Source of the DNA: Syntrophorhabdaceae bacterium
Lineage (GTDB): Bacteria > Desulfobacterota > Syntrophorhabdia > Syntrophorhabdales > Syntrophorhabdaceae
Direction of reading: 5' to 3'
Assembly: GCA_963665295.1 (NCBI GenBank)
Contig: OY762209.1
Coordinates: 4,928,001 to 4,992,000, forward strand
Length of the DNA stretch: 64,000 nt
Numbering within the stretch: position 1 is the stretch's first letter; each line of letters begins with the position of its first letter. A program made the translations under genes and the position numbers. The notes beneath the pieces are model-generated. The model was not told the DNA's origin and ran no database searches. It saw only the letters and a list, made by a program, of their open reading frames with translations. Shown here piece after piece: positions 19,244 to 30,030 of the stretch.

Positions 19244-19474
19244 ATGTCCAAATGTGTGCCGCAGCTCAAAATCATCAATCGCCTGCACGTCTTTCGGGCG
19301 GAACGCCGGATTACCCAGGAACAGCTTTCTAAAGAGGTGGGCGTCACAAGGGCGACCATCGTCGCCATTGAAGGCGGGGGCTACAATCCCTCTCTGGAAC
19401 TTGCCTTCCGTATTGCCCGTTATTTCAATACGGACATACAATCCATTTTTTCAGTTGAGGAGGAAAAGGAATGA
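19244..19474 (+). CDS. XRE-family HTH transcriptional regulator
   Basis: ITQEQLSKEVGVTRATIVAIEGGGYNPSLELAFRIA. Confidence 0.92.
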   Translation: MSKCVPQLKIINRLHVFRAERRITQEQLSKEVGVTRATIVAIEGGGYNPSLELAFRIARYFNTDIQSIFSVEEEKE

Positions 19475-20079
19475 AGAGATTGGACACTCTGTTGTTGAAA
19501 GTTTACCTGTATGGGCTTCCCGCAGTGGTTATTTTCGCGGTCTTGTCCCACCTTTACGGTCTGGGGTCCCTGGAGCAGACAGGGGGGGCCAACAAAATTC
19601 TCCACAACTTCGAAGGACTCGTCCTCGCGGTCTGGCTGGTCCTTTCCCTTTATCTGAGCGTCCGGCTGATCGTTTCCGGATCATTCAGGAACAAGGTACT
19701 CGCGAGGATGACCTTCATAAGGGAGCGTGACGAACGGGAGGCCGCATTGACGGGCAAAGCCGCGAGGACCACATTTCTCACCTCTCTTGCAGTCCTCATA
19801 CTTCTCTTCTGTCTTTCCTGTTTCCACGTCTCTTTCTACCGGCTGCCCCCGGAAAAGGCTGTGGGTGGCAAAACGGGCGTGGTCTCCCTGGGCTTTGGAT
19901 TCAAGGTATGGGGAACCCCGCAACAGGAACCGGGAAAAGGCGCCCTCCAGGGAAAGAGTATCATCTCGTACAACGGCCTGCCTGTCTCCACGATGACGGT
20001 CATACTCTTCATGATCATATGCCAGATCGCGTGCTACAATTATACAATACACCGTCTGACGAGATGTTACCGGGGGTAG
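19471..20079 (+). CDS. Membrane protein coupled to XRE regulator
   Basis: ATGA overlap; ~4 hydrophobic segments; RDERE motif typical of XRE-linked membrane proteins. Confidence 0.75.
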   Translation: MKRLDTLLLKVYLYGLPAVVIFAVLSHLYGLGSLEQTGGANKILHNFEGLVLAVWLVLSLYLSVRLIVSGSFRNKVLARMTFIRERDEREAALTGKAARTTFLTSLAVLILLFCLSCFHVSFYRLPPEKAVGGKTGVVSLGFGFKVWGTPQQEPGKGALQGKSIISYNGLPVSTMTVILFMIICQIACYNYTIHRLTRCYRG

Positions 20080-20084
20080 TTGTT

Positions 20085-21299
20085 CTACGTCCGGAGCTTG
20101 TGCGCGTGATAGTGGGGAATGGCCTTGAGCACGAATATCGCCCCTGACGCGGCTACCAGGAGGGCGCAGTAAATATAGACCTCTCCCAGACTGACCCGGT
20201 CGGCAAGGTAACCGATTACCACCGCCCCCACACCCAGTCCCAGGTCGTAAGAAATCAGGTAAGTGGAATTCGCCAAACCGCTTTCATGGGACTCCACGAG
20301 GTTGTTGACGGTGGCCTGGCAGGTAGGCATGAGGGTCCCGAAACCCAGGCCGCCGATCATCCCCGCGATGAGGAACTGGGTGGGGCTCGTTGCCGTCCCG
20401 AGCCACACCATGCTCACCGCGGCCAGCGCCACTCCGGTCACGATCAACTGAAAAATGTAGCCTTTGTCGAAAAGACGGCCCAGGAACAGACGCGAAACAA
20501 AGACAGCCGACGAGAAACAGAGGAAAAAGGTCGTCACATTGGCAAAACCTTTTTGTGACGCATAGATGCTTACAAAGACGATTATGGCGCCATAGGCTAC
20601 CATGATGAAGAACATGGAGATGGAGATGGGAAGGGCCTTCCTGTGGAAGAGTCTCGCGAAGGAAAACTTCTTCTTTATTGCTTTCTTATAGGGGATCTTC
20701 GCCCAAAAGGCAATGACCAGCGAAACGAGAGAGATAAGGAGTATGGCAAGGAACATCACGTGAGCACCCCGGTCTCTCAATAATTGAAGACCGATAAAGG
20801 GGCCGGCGGTCATTCCCACGGGTATGCTCAAGGCAAAAATGCCTATGCCTTCGCCCCGTCTTGTTACGGGGATAATGTCGGCCACAATCGTAGCGCCCGC
20901 TGAAGTGCATAATCCGAATATGGCCCCCTGAACGAGTCTCAGCACGAACATGGCGAAAACGCTGTTCACGAACAGATAGCAGCCATAGGTTACGGTCACG
21001 AAGAAAAGGGACAGGATAAACACCATGAATCTGTGGTAATTGTCTATCAAATGGCCGGTAAAGGGACGAACGAGGATAGCCGATATGGAAAACGCCGCCA
21101 TTACCAGGCCTATACTCCCCCGGTCAACCTTCAGACTCTCCGTGAGATACATGGGCAGGGTGGGCATCAACGCGTAAAAGGCCGATGCCACGAGCACGTT
21201 CGAGGCAACGATGGCGATAAACGCCCTCGACCATAGTTTCTTCTCCACGGGGCGGCCCCCCGGTTCATTGGTAAGGCGAGTATTGCGAGAATCCCCCAC
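20085..21299 (-). CDS. MFS transporter
   Basis: ~12 TM segments, RLVQG and RRGEGIG motifs; GGAGG RBS. Confidence 0.9.
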   Translation of the reverse strand: MGDSRNTRLTNEPGGRPVEKKLWSRAFIAIVASNVLVASAFYALMPTLPMYLTESLKVDRGSIGLVMAAFSISAILVRPFTGHLIDNYHRFMVFILSLFFVTVTYGCYLFVNSVFAMFVLRLVQGAIFGLCTSAGATIVADIIPVTRRGEGIGIFALSIPVGMTAGPFIGLQLLRDRGAHVMFLAILLISLVSLVIAFWAKIPYKKAIKKKFSFARLFHRKALPISISMFFIMVAYGAIIVFVSIYASQKGFANVTTFFLCFSSAVFVSRLFLGRLFDKGYIFQLIVTGVALAAVSMVWLGTATSPTQFLIAGMIGGLGFGTLMPTCQATVNNLVESHESGLANSTYLISYDLGLGVGAVVIGYLADRVSLGEVYIYCALLVAASGAIFVLKAIPHYHAHKLRT

Positions 21300-21409
21300 G
21301 AACCTCCATCACGTCTCGAATATGTCGACCCAGGAAGAGAGCATAGCACCGGAAGGGAAGATGTGCAAGGAATTGCACCGCCTTCCGAGGCCCGCAGGCG
21401 CGCCGCGAC

Positions 21410-22522
21410 TCAGCCCAACCGCTTCCTGAACCTGAATGTGGAAAGGGCGAGGATCGTCACGCCCAGACCAAAAAGGGCCAGGACCTGCGGCCATAACACC
21501 TCGATACCCACCCCCTTGAGAAAGATCCCCCTCACGATCACGAGAAAATACCTCAAGGGGTTCAGATAGGTAATATACTGGAAGACCAGGGGCATGTTCT
21601 CGATGGGGGTCGCAAACCCGGAAAGGAGTATGGCGGGCTGAAAGAAGAAGAACGTGGCCATCATAGCTTGCTGTTGGGTCTTGGATATGGTCGATATGAA
21701 GAGCCCGATCCCGAGAACCGGAAGAAGATAGACAGCGGTGCAGAGGAACAGGAAAAAGAAGGCGCCCTTGATGGGAATGGCAAACCAGAACACCCCCGCG
21801 GCAGTGACGAGGGCCATATCGAAGAAAGCGACCGCCGCAAAGGGTATCGTCTTCCCCAGTATCAACTCCACCGGTCTGATGGGAGTGACCATGAGTTGTT
21901 CCATGGTGCCCACCTCCCGCTCCCGCACCACCGCCATGGAGGTGAGCATAAGAGAGGTGAGCAAGATGATGAGTGCAATGACGCCGGGGACCATATAGTT
22001 TCTGCTCTTCAGGTCGGGGTTGTACCAGACGCGGGTGCGGAATTCTACCCGGGGGAGGGCCGGCGTCACTACGGGCAGGCCCCTCTCTTTCGCATACCCC
22101 GTGATCACCGTATTTATGTAGCCCAGGGCGATCATGGCCGTGTTCGAATCCGTTCCGTCCACGATGACCTGCACCCCGGACGGGATGCCTCTTTTCAGGT
22201 CCTTCGCAAAACCCCGGTTTATCTGAATGGCCGAAAGGACCTTGCCCCTGTCGAGAAGCTCCCTTATCTCGCCCGGAGACCCGGGCCTGTAATCGATGCT
22301 GAAGTATCCGGAACCCTGAAGCCTCCTTTCAAGCTCCCTGCTTTCATAGGATTTATCGAGGTCGTAGAAAGCCGTGGAAATGGAGTTGACGTCGAAGGTA
22401 GCCACGTATCCGAAGAGCACGAGTTGGATGAGGGGGGTGACGAAGAGGAAGAAGATCATCCTCTTGTCCCTGAAGGTCTGTATGAACTCCTTGATTACAA
22501 GACGCATGATCCGTTCGCCCAT
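21410..22522 (-). CDS. ABC-2 permease (YbhR-like)
   Basis: WYNPDL, REREVGTMEQLMVTPI. Confidence 0.92.
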   Translation of the reverse strand: MGERIMRLVIKEFIQTFRDKRMIFFLFVTPLIQLVLFGYVATFDVNSISTAFYDLDKSYESRELERRLQGSGYFSIDYRPGSPGEIRELLDRGKVLSAIQINRGFAKDLKRGIPSGVQVIVDGTDSNTAMIALGYINTVITGYAKERGLPVVTPALPRVEFRTRVWYNPDLKSRNYMVPGVIALIILLTSLMLTSMAVVREREVGTMEQLMVTPIRPVELILGKTIPFAAVAFFDMALVTAAGVFWFAIPIKGAFFFLFLCTAVYLLPVLGIGLFISTISKTQQQAMMATFFFFQPAILLSGFATPIENMPLVFQYITYLNPLRYFLVIVRGIFLKGVGIEVLWPQVLALFGLGVTILALSTFRFRKRLG

Positions 22523-22523
22523 A

Positions 22524-23633
22524 TCAGTCGATCTTCTTCCGAAATTTCTTTACCGCCATAAGGAAGACGCCCAATCCGTAGCCTGTGAGCAGCACGGTCT
22601 CCCACATGAGAAATTCGAGGCCCACGCCCTTCAGAAAAATGCCCTTCAGGATGGTCACGAAGTAGCGGGCGGGGATTACATAGGTAATAACCTGGAGGGG
22701 GCCCGGCATGTTCGATATGCTGAAGATGAAGCCGGAGAGGAGGAAGGCGGGAAGAAAGGAATTGAGCATCGCCATCTGGCTTGCCACCACCTGAGTCCTC
22801 GCCACTATGGAAATGAGTATGCCCATACTCAAACCGCCGATAAGGAAGATGGACGAGAGAATGAGGAGAAGGGGGGCGCTGCCCCTTAAGGGCACTCCGA
22901 AAAGGGCCGTACTTATGAAAATAGAGAGGACCGTATCGACGAGACCTATTACGAAATAGGGGATCAGTTTCCCGATGACCAGTTCCGCAGGGGTGATGGG
23001 CGTTGATATGAGCTGTTCCATGGTGCCCCTGTCCCACTCTCTCGCCACTGTAAGGGACGTGAGGAGGGCGACGATCACCGCCATGATTATGGCGATGAGC
23101 CCCGGTATGATAAAATTCCTCGACCTTAACTCCGTATTGTACCAGACCCGGCTCCTGACATCGATAACCGGGGCGGCCACGCGGCCCGCAAGCCTCCCGG
23201 GGTATGCCGCGGCAATGGCATTGATGTAGCCTTGGGCGATATTCGCCGTGTTCGAGTTGCTTCCGTCAAGGATCACCTCGACACGGGCGTCCTTCCCTGC
23301 CCGGACCCGTCTCGAAAAATCGACCGGTATGGCTATGGCGGCTATTGCCTTGCCGTGATCGAGAAAGGTGTCCATGTCTCCATACCGGTCCACATAGGAG
23401 ATGATGGAAAAGTAACCCGACCGGGCGAACTCGTTCACAAGTTCCCTGCTCATGCTGCTTTTGTCCAGGTCGCACACCACGGTGGCAACCCTGTCCACGT
23501 CGAAGGTCACCCCGTAGCCATAGATAAAAAGGAGGATTACGGGCATGAGAAAGGCCATGGCGAGGCTTAAGGGGTCGCGCCGTATCTGTATGGACTCCTT
23601 CTTTGCCATGGCCTTGATCCTGAGAAACTTCAT
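22524..23633 (-). CDS. ABC-2 permease (YbhS-like)
   Basis: WYNTEL, AREWDRGTMEQLISTP. Confidence 0.92.
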   Translation of the reverse strand: MKFLRIKAMAKKESIQIRRDPLSLAMAFLMPVILLFIYGYGVTFDVDRVATVVCDLDKSSMSRELVNEFARSGYFSIISYVDRYGDMDTFLDHGKAIAAIAIPVDFSRRVRAGKDARVEVILDGSNSNTANIAQGYINAIAAAYPGRLAGRVAAPVIDVRSRVWYNTELRSRNFIIPGLIAIIMAVIVALLTSLTVAREWDRGTMEQLISTPITPAELVIGKLIPYFVIGLVDTVLSIFISTALFGVPLRGSAPLLLILSSIFLIGGLSMGILISIVARTQVVASQMAMLNSFLPAFLLSGFIFSISNMPGPLQVITYVIPARYFVTILKGIFLKGVGLEFLMWETVLLTGYGLGVFLMAVKKFRKKID

Positions 23634-23634
23634 T

Positions 23635-24585
23635 TCAGGAAACCTCTATAAGGGTGACAAAGACGTCTTCCAGAGAGGGGACGATCTTCTCGCACCCCTT
23701 TACCTCTATGCCCGACGACGTGAGAAGGGCCACGATCCGCTGCCTGCCCGCTTCGGCCTCTTCCACCGTAACGTGAAGGGTGCTCCCGAAAATGGCCGTG
23801 TCCATGCCGCTTTGCATGAGCAGGTCCATGGCGTCCACCACGCGGTCCGTCCGAACCTCCAGCACGTGGCGTTGCATATACTCGTGCCTGAGTTCGGAGG
23901 GCGTTCCTTCCGCAATGATCCTGCCCCTGTAGATGAGGGCGAGCCTGTCGCAGTAGTCCGCTTCGTCCATATAGTGGGTGGTGACGAACACGGTGGTCCC
24001 CGCCTCGGACATTTCATCGATGAGGCGCCAGAAATTTCTCCTTGAGATGGGGTCTACCCCTGAGGTCGGCTCGTCAAGGAAGATGATGGGCGGCTCGTGG
24101 AGCACGGCGCAACCGAGGGCGAGTCTCTGTTTGAAACCTCCGGCCAGCGTCCGTGAGAGGCTGCCGGTCCTCTCCCTGATCCCCGCCATGTCGAGAACCC
24201 ATTCCTTGCGTTCCTTCTTCTTCTCTTTCGGGACATTGTAAATGCCCGCGAAGAAGTCTATATTTTCCTCCACCGTCAAGTCGTCATAAAGGGAAAACCT
24301 CTGGGACATATAACCCACGATCTTCTTGATGGACTCCGGTTGGCGGATTATGTCGAACCCGCCCACCACGCCGCTCCCGCCCGTGGGCATGAGGAGCCCG
24401 CAAAGCATGCGGATGGTGGTCGATTTTCCCGCCCCGTTGGGCCCGAGAAAGCCGAATATTTCCCCTCTCTTCACTTCCAGGTTGATGGCGTCCACCGCGA
24501 CAAAGTCCCCGAAAGTCCGGCGCAGATCGTGGACGCGCACCGCGACGTCCTTGCCGGCCGCGGATATCTCTCTTGTTTTCACCAT
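23635..24585 (-). CDS. ABC transporter ATP-binding protein
   Basis: GPNGAGKST, LDEPTSGVDP, TTHYMDEA. Confidence 0.93.
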   Translation of the reverse strand: MVKTREISAAGKDVAVRVHDLRRTFGDFVAVDAINLEVKRGEIFGFLGPNGAGKSTTIRMLCGLLMPTGGSGVVGGFDIIRQPESIKKIVGYMSQRFSLYDDLTVEENIDFFAGIYNVPKEKKKERKEWVLDMAGIRERTGSLSRTLAGGFKQRLALGCAVLHEPPIIFLDEPTSGVDPISRRNFWRLIDEMSEAGTTVFVTTHYMDEADYCDRLALIYRGRIIAEGTPSELRHEYMQRHVLEVRTDRVVDAMDLLMQSGMDTAIFGSTLHVTVEEAEAGRQRIVALLTSSGIEVKGCEKIVPSLEDVFVTLIEVS

Positions 24586-24607
24586 AACGCGGGTTCTACC
24601 CTTCCCC

Positions 24608-25537
24608 TCAATTCGTCTCCCTTCCGAGGACCATGGCTATGAACACGTCTTCGAGGGATGGCGATATCCTCCGCTCTCCTTCTACGGGGATGCCTCTCCT
24701 CTTGAGCGCCTCCAGGACCGGTCCCTCGCGGTCTTCCCTGTCCACTGCAATATGTATCCGCTCGCCATACATACTCACCGACAGGACACCCGGCACAGAG
24801 GCGAGGAAATCCCGCGCAATTCTCGCCTCGGGGGTCGATATCTCCATCATGGGAACCCCCAGGGACTGCTTGACCTTTATGGGCTCGTCGGTTACAAGGA
24901 TGTCCCCCTTGTCGATAAGGGCGATCCTCGTGCACCTCTCCGCTTCGTCGAGGTACGCGGTAGAGATGAAAACCGTTATCCTCTCCTTGAGGAGGTCGTA
25001 GAGGATGCGCCAGAAATCCCTCCGCGATACAGGGTCCACGCCGCTCGTGGGCTCGTCGAGGAAGAGGATTTCCGGTGTATGGATGAGGGCGCATGCGAGA
25101 CCCAGTTTCTGTTTCATTCCCCCCGAGAGGTTGCCCGCAAGGCGTTCCTTGAAAGGGGTAAGGTTGCTGAACCCGAGCAGCCTTTCAGTGCGCTCCGGCC
25201 TTTCCGCGAGGGGCACCCCATAGAGGTCCGCATAGAAACCGATGTTCTCCATGACCGTCAGATCCTCGTAAAGGCCGAACCGCTGGGACATGTAACCGAT
25301 CCGCTCCTTGATGCGCTCGCCGTCTTTGAGGACCGAAGCCCCCGCCACCGATGCGTCGCCCGACGTGGGTTTCATAATGGCGGTAAGGAGCCTCATGATG
25401 GTGGTCTTGCCTGCCCCATCAGGACCGACGAGACCGAAAAGCTCCCCCCGGCGCACTTCGAGGTTCAGACCTTTGACCGCCACGGTGTCGCCGAATACCT
25501 TCCGGAGGTTTGATGTCTTTATGACAACGTCATCCAT
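24608..25537 (-). CDS. ABC transporter ATP-binding protein
   Basis: GPDGAGKTT, LSGGMKQK, LDEPTSGVDP. Confidence 0.93.
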   Translation of the reverse strand: MDDVVIKTSNLRKVFGDTVAVKGLNLEVRRGELFGLVGPDGAGKTTIMRLLTAIMKPTSGDASVAGASVLKDGERIKERIGYMSQRFGLYEDLTVMENIGFYADLYGVPLAERPERTERLLGFSNLTPFKERLAGNLSGGMKQKLGLACALIHTPEILFLDEPTSGVDPVSRRDFWRILYDLLKERITVFISTAYLDEAERCTRIALIDKGDILVTDEPIKVKQSLGVPMMEISTPEARIARDFLASVPGVLSVSMYGERIHIAVDREDREGPVLEALKRRGIPVEGERRISPSLEDVFIAMVLGRETN

Positions 25538-25573
25538 AGAAACCCCCTGGCCTCCGGCAGGTCGTCCCTTGCC

Positions 25574-26563
25574 TCAAGGCCGCACCAGGATCTTCACGTC
25601 GGCGGGCATACTCGGTTTGAGTTCGCCCTTCTCATTCTTCACCAGGACCTTCACGCCGAATACGAGCTTCACCCTCTCCTCCGGGGTCTGCACGGTCTTA
25701 GGGGTGAACTCCGCTTCCGATGAAATGTAGCTCACCGTCCCCTCGTAAGATTTATTCCTGTAACTGTCAACGGTGATCTTCGCCTTCTGCCCCAGCTTCA
25801 CGAGGCCGAGTTTGTCTTCCTTCACATATACCTTGATCCACGGCTTTTCGAGGTCGCCTATGGTGACGATAGGGGTGCCCTGGGCGACTGTTTCACCGGG
25901 CTCCACGTTCTTCCGGAGCACGATGCCGTCCATAGGAGCATAAATCACCGTATCTCTAAGCCTTTCCTCCGACGCGGCAAGGGCGGCCCGCGCCTGCTCC
26001 ACCTGGTGCGCGGCAATCTCGATCTCTTCCTTTCTCGGCCCTTCCCTGGTCAGGCTTTGACCTTCAAGGGCGTTCCTGTGTAATGCGGCCCGCGACTCGT
26101 AGGCGCTCCTCGCAATGTCGTATTGGGAGGCGGAAATTGCACCATTCTTGTAAAGCACCTCGGCCCTGTCGAAATCCTTCCTCACCTTTTGGAGTTCAGC
26201 TTCCTGGACATTCACATTGGCGCGCGCCTGTTCTATCTCCTGCGACCGGGAGCCTGCCTTAAGTTCGGCAAGTTTTGTGGATGCCTGTTTCAGGGACGCC
26301 CTCCCCTGGGCCACCACGGCCTCCGCTTCCACACGGTCGAGCCTCGCAATGACGTCGCCCTTTTTCACCTTCGTGCCTTCGTCCACGGGACGTTCCATCA
26401 CCCTCCCGGGTATCTTGAAGCCCACGTTCGCCTCCGTCACTTCCACATTTCCCGAAAGGATGAGGGAGCCGTCATCCGGCGCCGTCCGGTAATGCCGCAC
26501 CAGGACAACGATGACGATTGCGACAACAAGGCCTGCGATTATCGGTATTGCTTTCTTTTTCAT
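25574..26563 (-). CDS. HlyD/YbhG-like membrane fusion protein
   Basis: N-terminal TM, coiled coil, AEFTPKTVQT; start MKKKAI overlaps TolC stop. Confidence 0.9.
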   Translation of the reverse strand: MKKKAIPIIAGLVVAIVIVVLVRHYRTAPDDGSLILSGNVEVTEANVGFKIPGRVMERPVDEGTKVKKGDVIARLDRVEAEAVVAQGRASLKQASTKLAELKAGSRSQEIEQARANVNVQEAELQKVRKDFDRAEVLYKNGAISASQYDIARSAYESRAALHRNALEGQSLTREGPRKEEIEIAAHQVEQARAALAASEERLRDTVIYAPMDGIVLRKNVEPGETVAQGTPIVTIGDLEKPWIKVYVKEDKLGLVKLGQKAKITVDSYRNKSYEGTVSYISSEAEFTPKTVQTPEERVKLVFGVKVLVKNEKGELKPSMPADVKILVRP

Positions 26564-27996
26564 CTCCCCGTCTCCTCCTCGTACCCTTCGTCCCCTATGG
26601 CCTTCCTGAGGTATGCAATAGCCGTCTCTTTGTCGAAGAGCGCCTGGCAAGCGTCCGCTTCCGCTCTGAGAAGCGCTGTCTGTGCGTCGATCACGTCCGT
26701 GCTGGTGCCTGCGCCGGTATCGTATTTGAGCAATTCCACCCTGAGGTTCTCCCGGGCGCTCTCCATGGCCCTTTCCGTAACAATGATCCGCTCCTTCGCG
26801 TTCGCAATAGTAAGGTGCGCGTCCCTCACCTCACGGGTTATGGAAAGCCTGATAGAGCGTTCTTCCTCTTTCGCCTTCTCCAGTTCCACCCGCTCCTTAT
26901 CGATTTCCGATGTAATGAGGCCTCCGTCGAAGAGGGGTACGGAAAATTTCAGGCCCATGTAATAGTTTTCCTTGAAGGCGAATTCATTTCCCGCCTGTCC
27001 CCAGTACTGACCCGTCGCATAGATATCGGGAAGTCTCTTTCCCCTTGCTATCTTCAGGCGTTGCTCACCCATCTTCAGTTTCTTCTCCGCTGCCTTGAAA
27101 TCGGGTCTTTGAGAAAAACCCTTATTCAGGCTCTCTTCGAGGGAAGGGTACGGCTGGTCCCGGTCCTTTTCCGGGGCGATGGAAATATGGGCGGCCATAT
27201 CGTCCATACCCATAAGATTCTTCAGAAGCTCAAAGGAGCTTGCCCGGTTGTTCGTTACCAGGAGCAGGCTCTCCTTTGCATGGGAAAGCTCGACCTCGGT
27301 CTTCAGAAGATCAAGGCGGGGCGCGGTGCCCGTTTTCAGAAAGAGCTCCACATTCTTCTTGTGGGACTCAAGTTGCCTTACCGCCGAGTCGCTCGCTATG
27401 AAGAGCCGTTCGAGTTGGGCGATCTTATAGTAGACGCTGGAGAGATTGTAGACGAGGTCCTGTTTGGTCATTCTTAGCCTGTCCTCAGCCACTGCCTTCT
27501 TCATTTCCGCCACATGGAGGCCTCTCACGAGCCTGCCTCCCCTGAAGAGGGGGAGCCTGAAGGAAACACCCGTATCCCATATGGTCCTCTTGAATTCAGG
27601 AATTTCCGTGCCCTGATTCAAGGGAAGGGTAATGACGATGGGCGTGAGAGGCATGTCCCACCGATATCTCGTAACACCGCCGGTAAAATCTACCTTCGGC
27701 ATCATATCGGCCCTTGCCGAATCGACGCCGTAGGTCTCGCTCTCTATGTTCCTTCCCGCAATCCTCACCCCGGGATTATGTTTGAGGGCATAGCGGATCA
27801 CCGAACCGAGGGAGTAGCGGTTATCCACCCCTGGTGCGGATGGGAGCGTCTGCGCAACCCGGACCTCCGCGACCGCCTCCCGCGCCCCGGGGCCGGCCGT
27901 ATCCCCGGCCGCAACAGGACCCGTCATGCTCAGGCCGAGCACCGCAGTGTAGGCTAAATATCTTGTCACTCGTACTGTAACGCCGCCACAATTCAT
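26560..27996 (-). CDS. TolC family outer membrane efflux protein
   Basis: Signal peptide, PLFRGG and PLFDGG repeats, YDTGAGTSTDVIDAQ. Confidence 0.9.
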   Translation of the reverse strand: MNCGGVTVRVTRYLAYTAVLGLSMTGPVAAGDTAGPGAREAVAEVRVAQTLPSAPGVDNRYSLGSVIRYALKHNPGVRIAGRNIESETYGVDSARADMMPKVDFTGGVTRYRWDMPLTPIVITLPLNQGTEIPEFKRTIWDTGVSFRLPLFRGGRLVRGLHVAEMKKAVAEDRLRMTKQDLVYNLSSVYYKIAQLERLFIASDSAVRQLESHKKNVELFLKTGTAPRLDLLKTEVELSHAKESLLLVTNNRASSFELLKNLMGMDDMAAHISIAPEKDRDQPYPSLEESLNKGFSQRPDFKAAEKKLKMGEQRLKIARGKRLPDIYATGQYWGQAGNEFAFKENYYMGLKFSVPLFDGGLITSEIDKERVELEKAKEEERSIRLSITREVRDAHLTIANAKERIIVTERAMESARENLRVELLKYDTGAGTSTDVIDAQTALLRAEADACQALFDKETAIAYLRKAIGDEGYEEETGR

Positions 27997-28661
27997 AGTT
28001 GGTCTCCTCCTTTAACTTCGGCACGCGCCCTGATGGCGTCAAGGGAGAAACGGATAATGTGGGCGGCGATCCGGTCCTTATCCCCGACAATGGAGTCCCC
28101 GTCCGGAAAGAGCCTTGCCACAACGGGCCTCGCATACACGAAGTAGAGACACTGGCCCACCACGCTGGTCGAACAGAGACGCACCGTCTCTGCAGGCGGG
28201 TCGTCTCCTATAAGTTCCCGCACGATGCCGGAAAGGAGGGTGAACAGAGGCCTTATAGCCTCCTCCACCACGATGTCGAGCCCTTCCGTCGCTTCTATAT
28301 ACTCCCATGCCATAAGCTTTCCGAACCACGACGACTCTCCCTCGTCGAGCATGCGGCTCAAAAACTGGGTGATGAATATACTGAGCCGCTCCCCGGGTGA
28401 TCGAGACCCGTCTGCGGCAACGTGAGGAGGGTATTTCCGGAAAGCCACCGCATGCCAGTACCTGAGGGTTTCAAAATAGAGGCTCCTCTTATCCCTGAAA
28501 TGGTAATTCACCGCCGCAATATTCGCTCCGGCCCGCCTGCAAATCTCCCTTACCGTCGCGCCTCTGTAACCCGATTCGGCGAACACCCTGCCCGCCGCGT
28601 CCAGAATTCGCGCCCGCGTGTCCAGGGCAACAACTTTTTCGGTAGTGTACACATCTGTCAT
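27993..28661 (-). CDS. TetR-family regulator, CecR/YbiH-like
   Basis: ATVREICRRAGANIAAVNYHF; first gene of ybhGFSR-type operon. Confidence 0.88.
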   Translation of the reverse strand: MTDVYTTEKVVALDTRARILDAAGRVFAESGYRGATVREICRRAGANIAAVNYHFRDKRSLYFETLRYWHAVAFRKYPPHVAADGSRSPGERLSIFITQFLSRMLDEGESSWFGKLMAWEYIEATEGLDIVVEEAIRPLFTLLSGIVRELIGDDPPAETVRLCSTSVVGQCLYFVYARPVVARLFPDGDSIVGDKDRIAAHIIRFSLDAIRARAEVKGGDQL

Positions 28662-28700
28662 GGCAGCTCCGGCGTGAAATAAAATATCTATTTGAAGTAT

Positions 28701-28730
28701 CTAATTAAAACATAAGTTTTATTCTGTCAA
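28701..28730 (-). promoter_or_regulatory. Efflux operon promoter with palindromic operator
   Basis: TTGACA on minus strand (28725-28730); palindrome TAAAAC-ATAA-GTTTTA 28706-28721. Confidence 0.55.
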
Positions 28731-28992
28731 GAAAAATCTTTCGATTCTTCGGGCGGTGGGCAGACATAATCCTTGCAACCTTTCCCCAAATATTATATAC
28801 AGGTGTATGTGCCTTTCTACGCGGTAGAGGGGCGGGCGAAAATACAAGGGGCAACCAGCGGCACGACGTAACCTTTTTGCGGCGGGCCGCGACCTGTTTA
28901 ATTAAACGGGACACTCCGTCGTGTGCCGGTGTCCGTTCAGGAACGGGACCGAAGGGGAAAGCTCCCGAACCCCGGTCAACCAGGAGGTTATT

Positions 28993-29811
28993 TTGAGTTT
29001 GAAATCATTTGTGTCTATTGTCTCCGTCCTGACCCTGTTTTTCTGCATGGCTCCGGCCTTCGCAGCAGAAAACACACCTGCGGTCCAAAAAGACAGTCAG
29101 GTAACAGACAAGACAGCTAAAGTGGAAAAAGCGGATTCGTGGCATTTTGCGGTCATCCCTGCCGTAGCCATGATGGGCATAAAGGGAACCATCGGGGCAA
29201 ACTACGATACGGCAAAAATGGACCTCTCACCGAGCGCGCTTTCGGACGCCACGAGGTCTTCCGCAGGGCTCGCCGCGGGCGCCTTCAAGGGAAACCATGC
29301 CATTCACTTCAGCGCGTCATACCTGAAACTCAATGACACTTCGACATTGCCGGTAGGTTCCACGCTGGCGGTTGCGGACACCACCCTTGAAACCACGCAG
29401 GTGGAGCTTACCTACGGGTACCGCTTTTACCGCAAACCCCGGCTCCTCATGGGGGCCTTCGGAGGCGTGCGATACTGGAATGTCAGCGGAACGATCGAAA
29501 CGACTCCATACGTTCCCGGTAATGCTTCGAGAAATTCACAGAGGGCGGATTGGTTCGACCCTATCATAGGATTGGAGGTAAGACCCCTCTTTACCAAGAA
29601 ATTGTCATTGCCCATGGTTGTCGATGCGGGTGGGTTCGGCATCGGGTCCGAGTTTACTTCAAAAGGGAGGGTCGGGTTGAGTTACATGTTCCACCCCCGT
29701 GTATCCGCGGAGCTTGGGTACACTTACACCTATGTGAATTACCGTCAAAGAGGAACCGTCTACGATGTGACCTGGTACGGACCTTACGTCGCGATGGCCT
29801 TATTGTTCTAG
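28993..29811 (+). CDS. Outer-membrane beta-barrel protein
   Basis: AGGAGG plus TTG start, signal peptide, amphipathic strands, WFDPIIG/GGFGIGS, C-terminal Phe. Confidence 0.8.
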   Translation: MSLKSFVSIVSVLTLFFCMAPAFAAENTPAVQKDSQVTDKTAKVEKADSWHFAVIPAVAMMGIKGTIGANYDTAKMDLSPSALSDATRSSAGLAAGAFKGNHAIHFSASYLKLNDTSTLPVGSTLAVADTTLETTQVELTYGYRFYRKPRLLMGAFGGVRYWNVSGTIETTPYVPGNASRNSQRADWFDPIIGLEVRPLFTKKLSLPMVVDAGGFGIGSEFTSKGRVGLSYMFHPRVSAELGYTYTYVNYRQRGTVYDVTWYGPYVAMALLF

Positions 29812-30030
29812 ACAGCCCGCAGGGTTGTCCGATATTTCCCGACGGTCGCAGGGCTAAACCTGCGGCCGTTGCTGTTCTCGAGCACCGGCCTTCCCCGTAA
29901 ATGCCGTTTTCCCTTCCTTAATAGAATCTCTGTTATTCCATTTTACGCCCCTCTGTTATATACTAAGGTAAAAACAAGAGGCTTGGGGCGGGTATTTAAG
30001 GCCCGCCATAAAACCGGGGAGGGTGAACCA

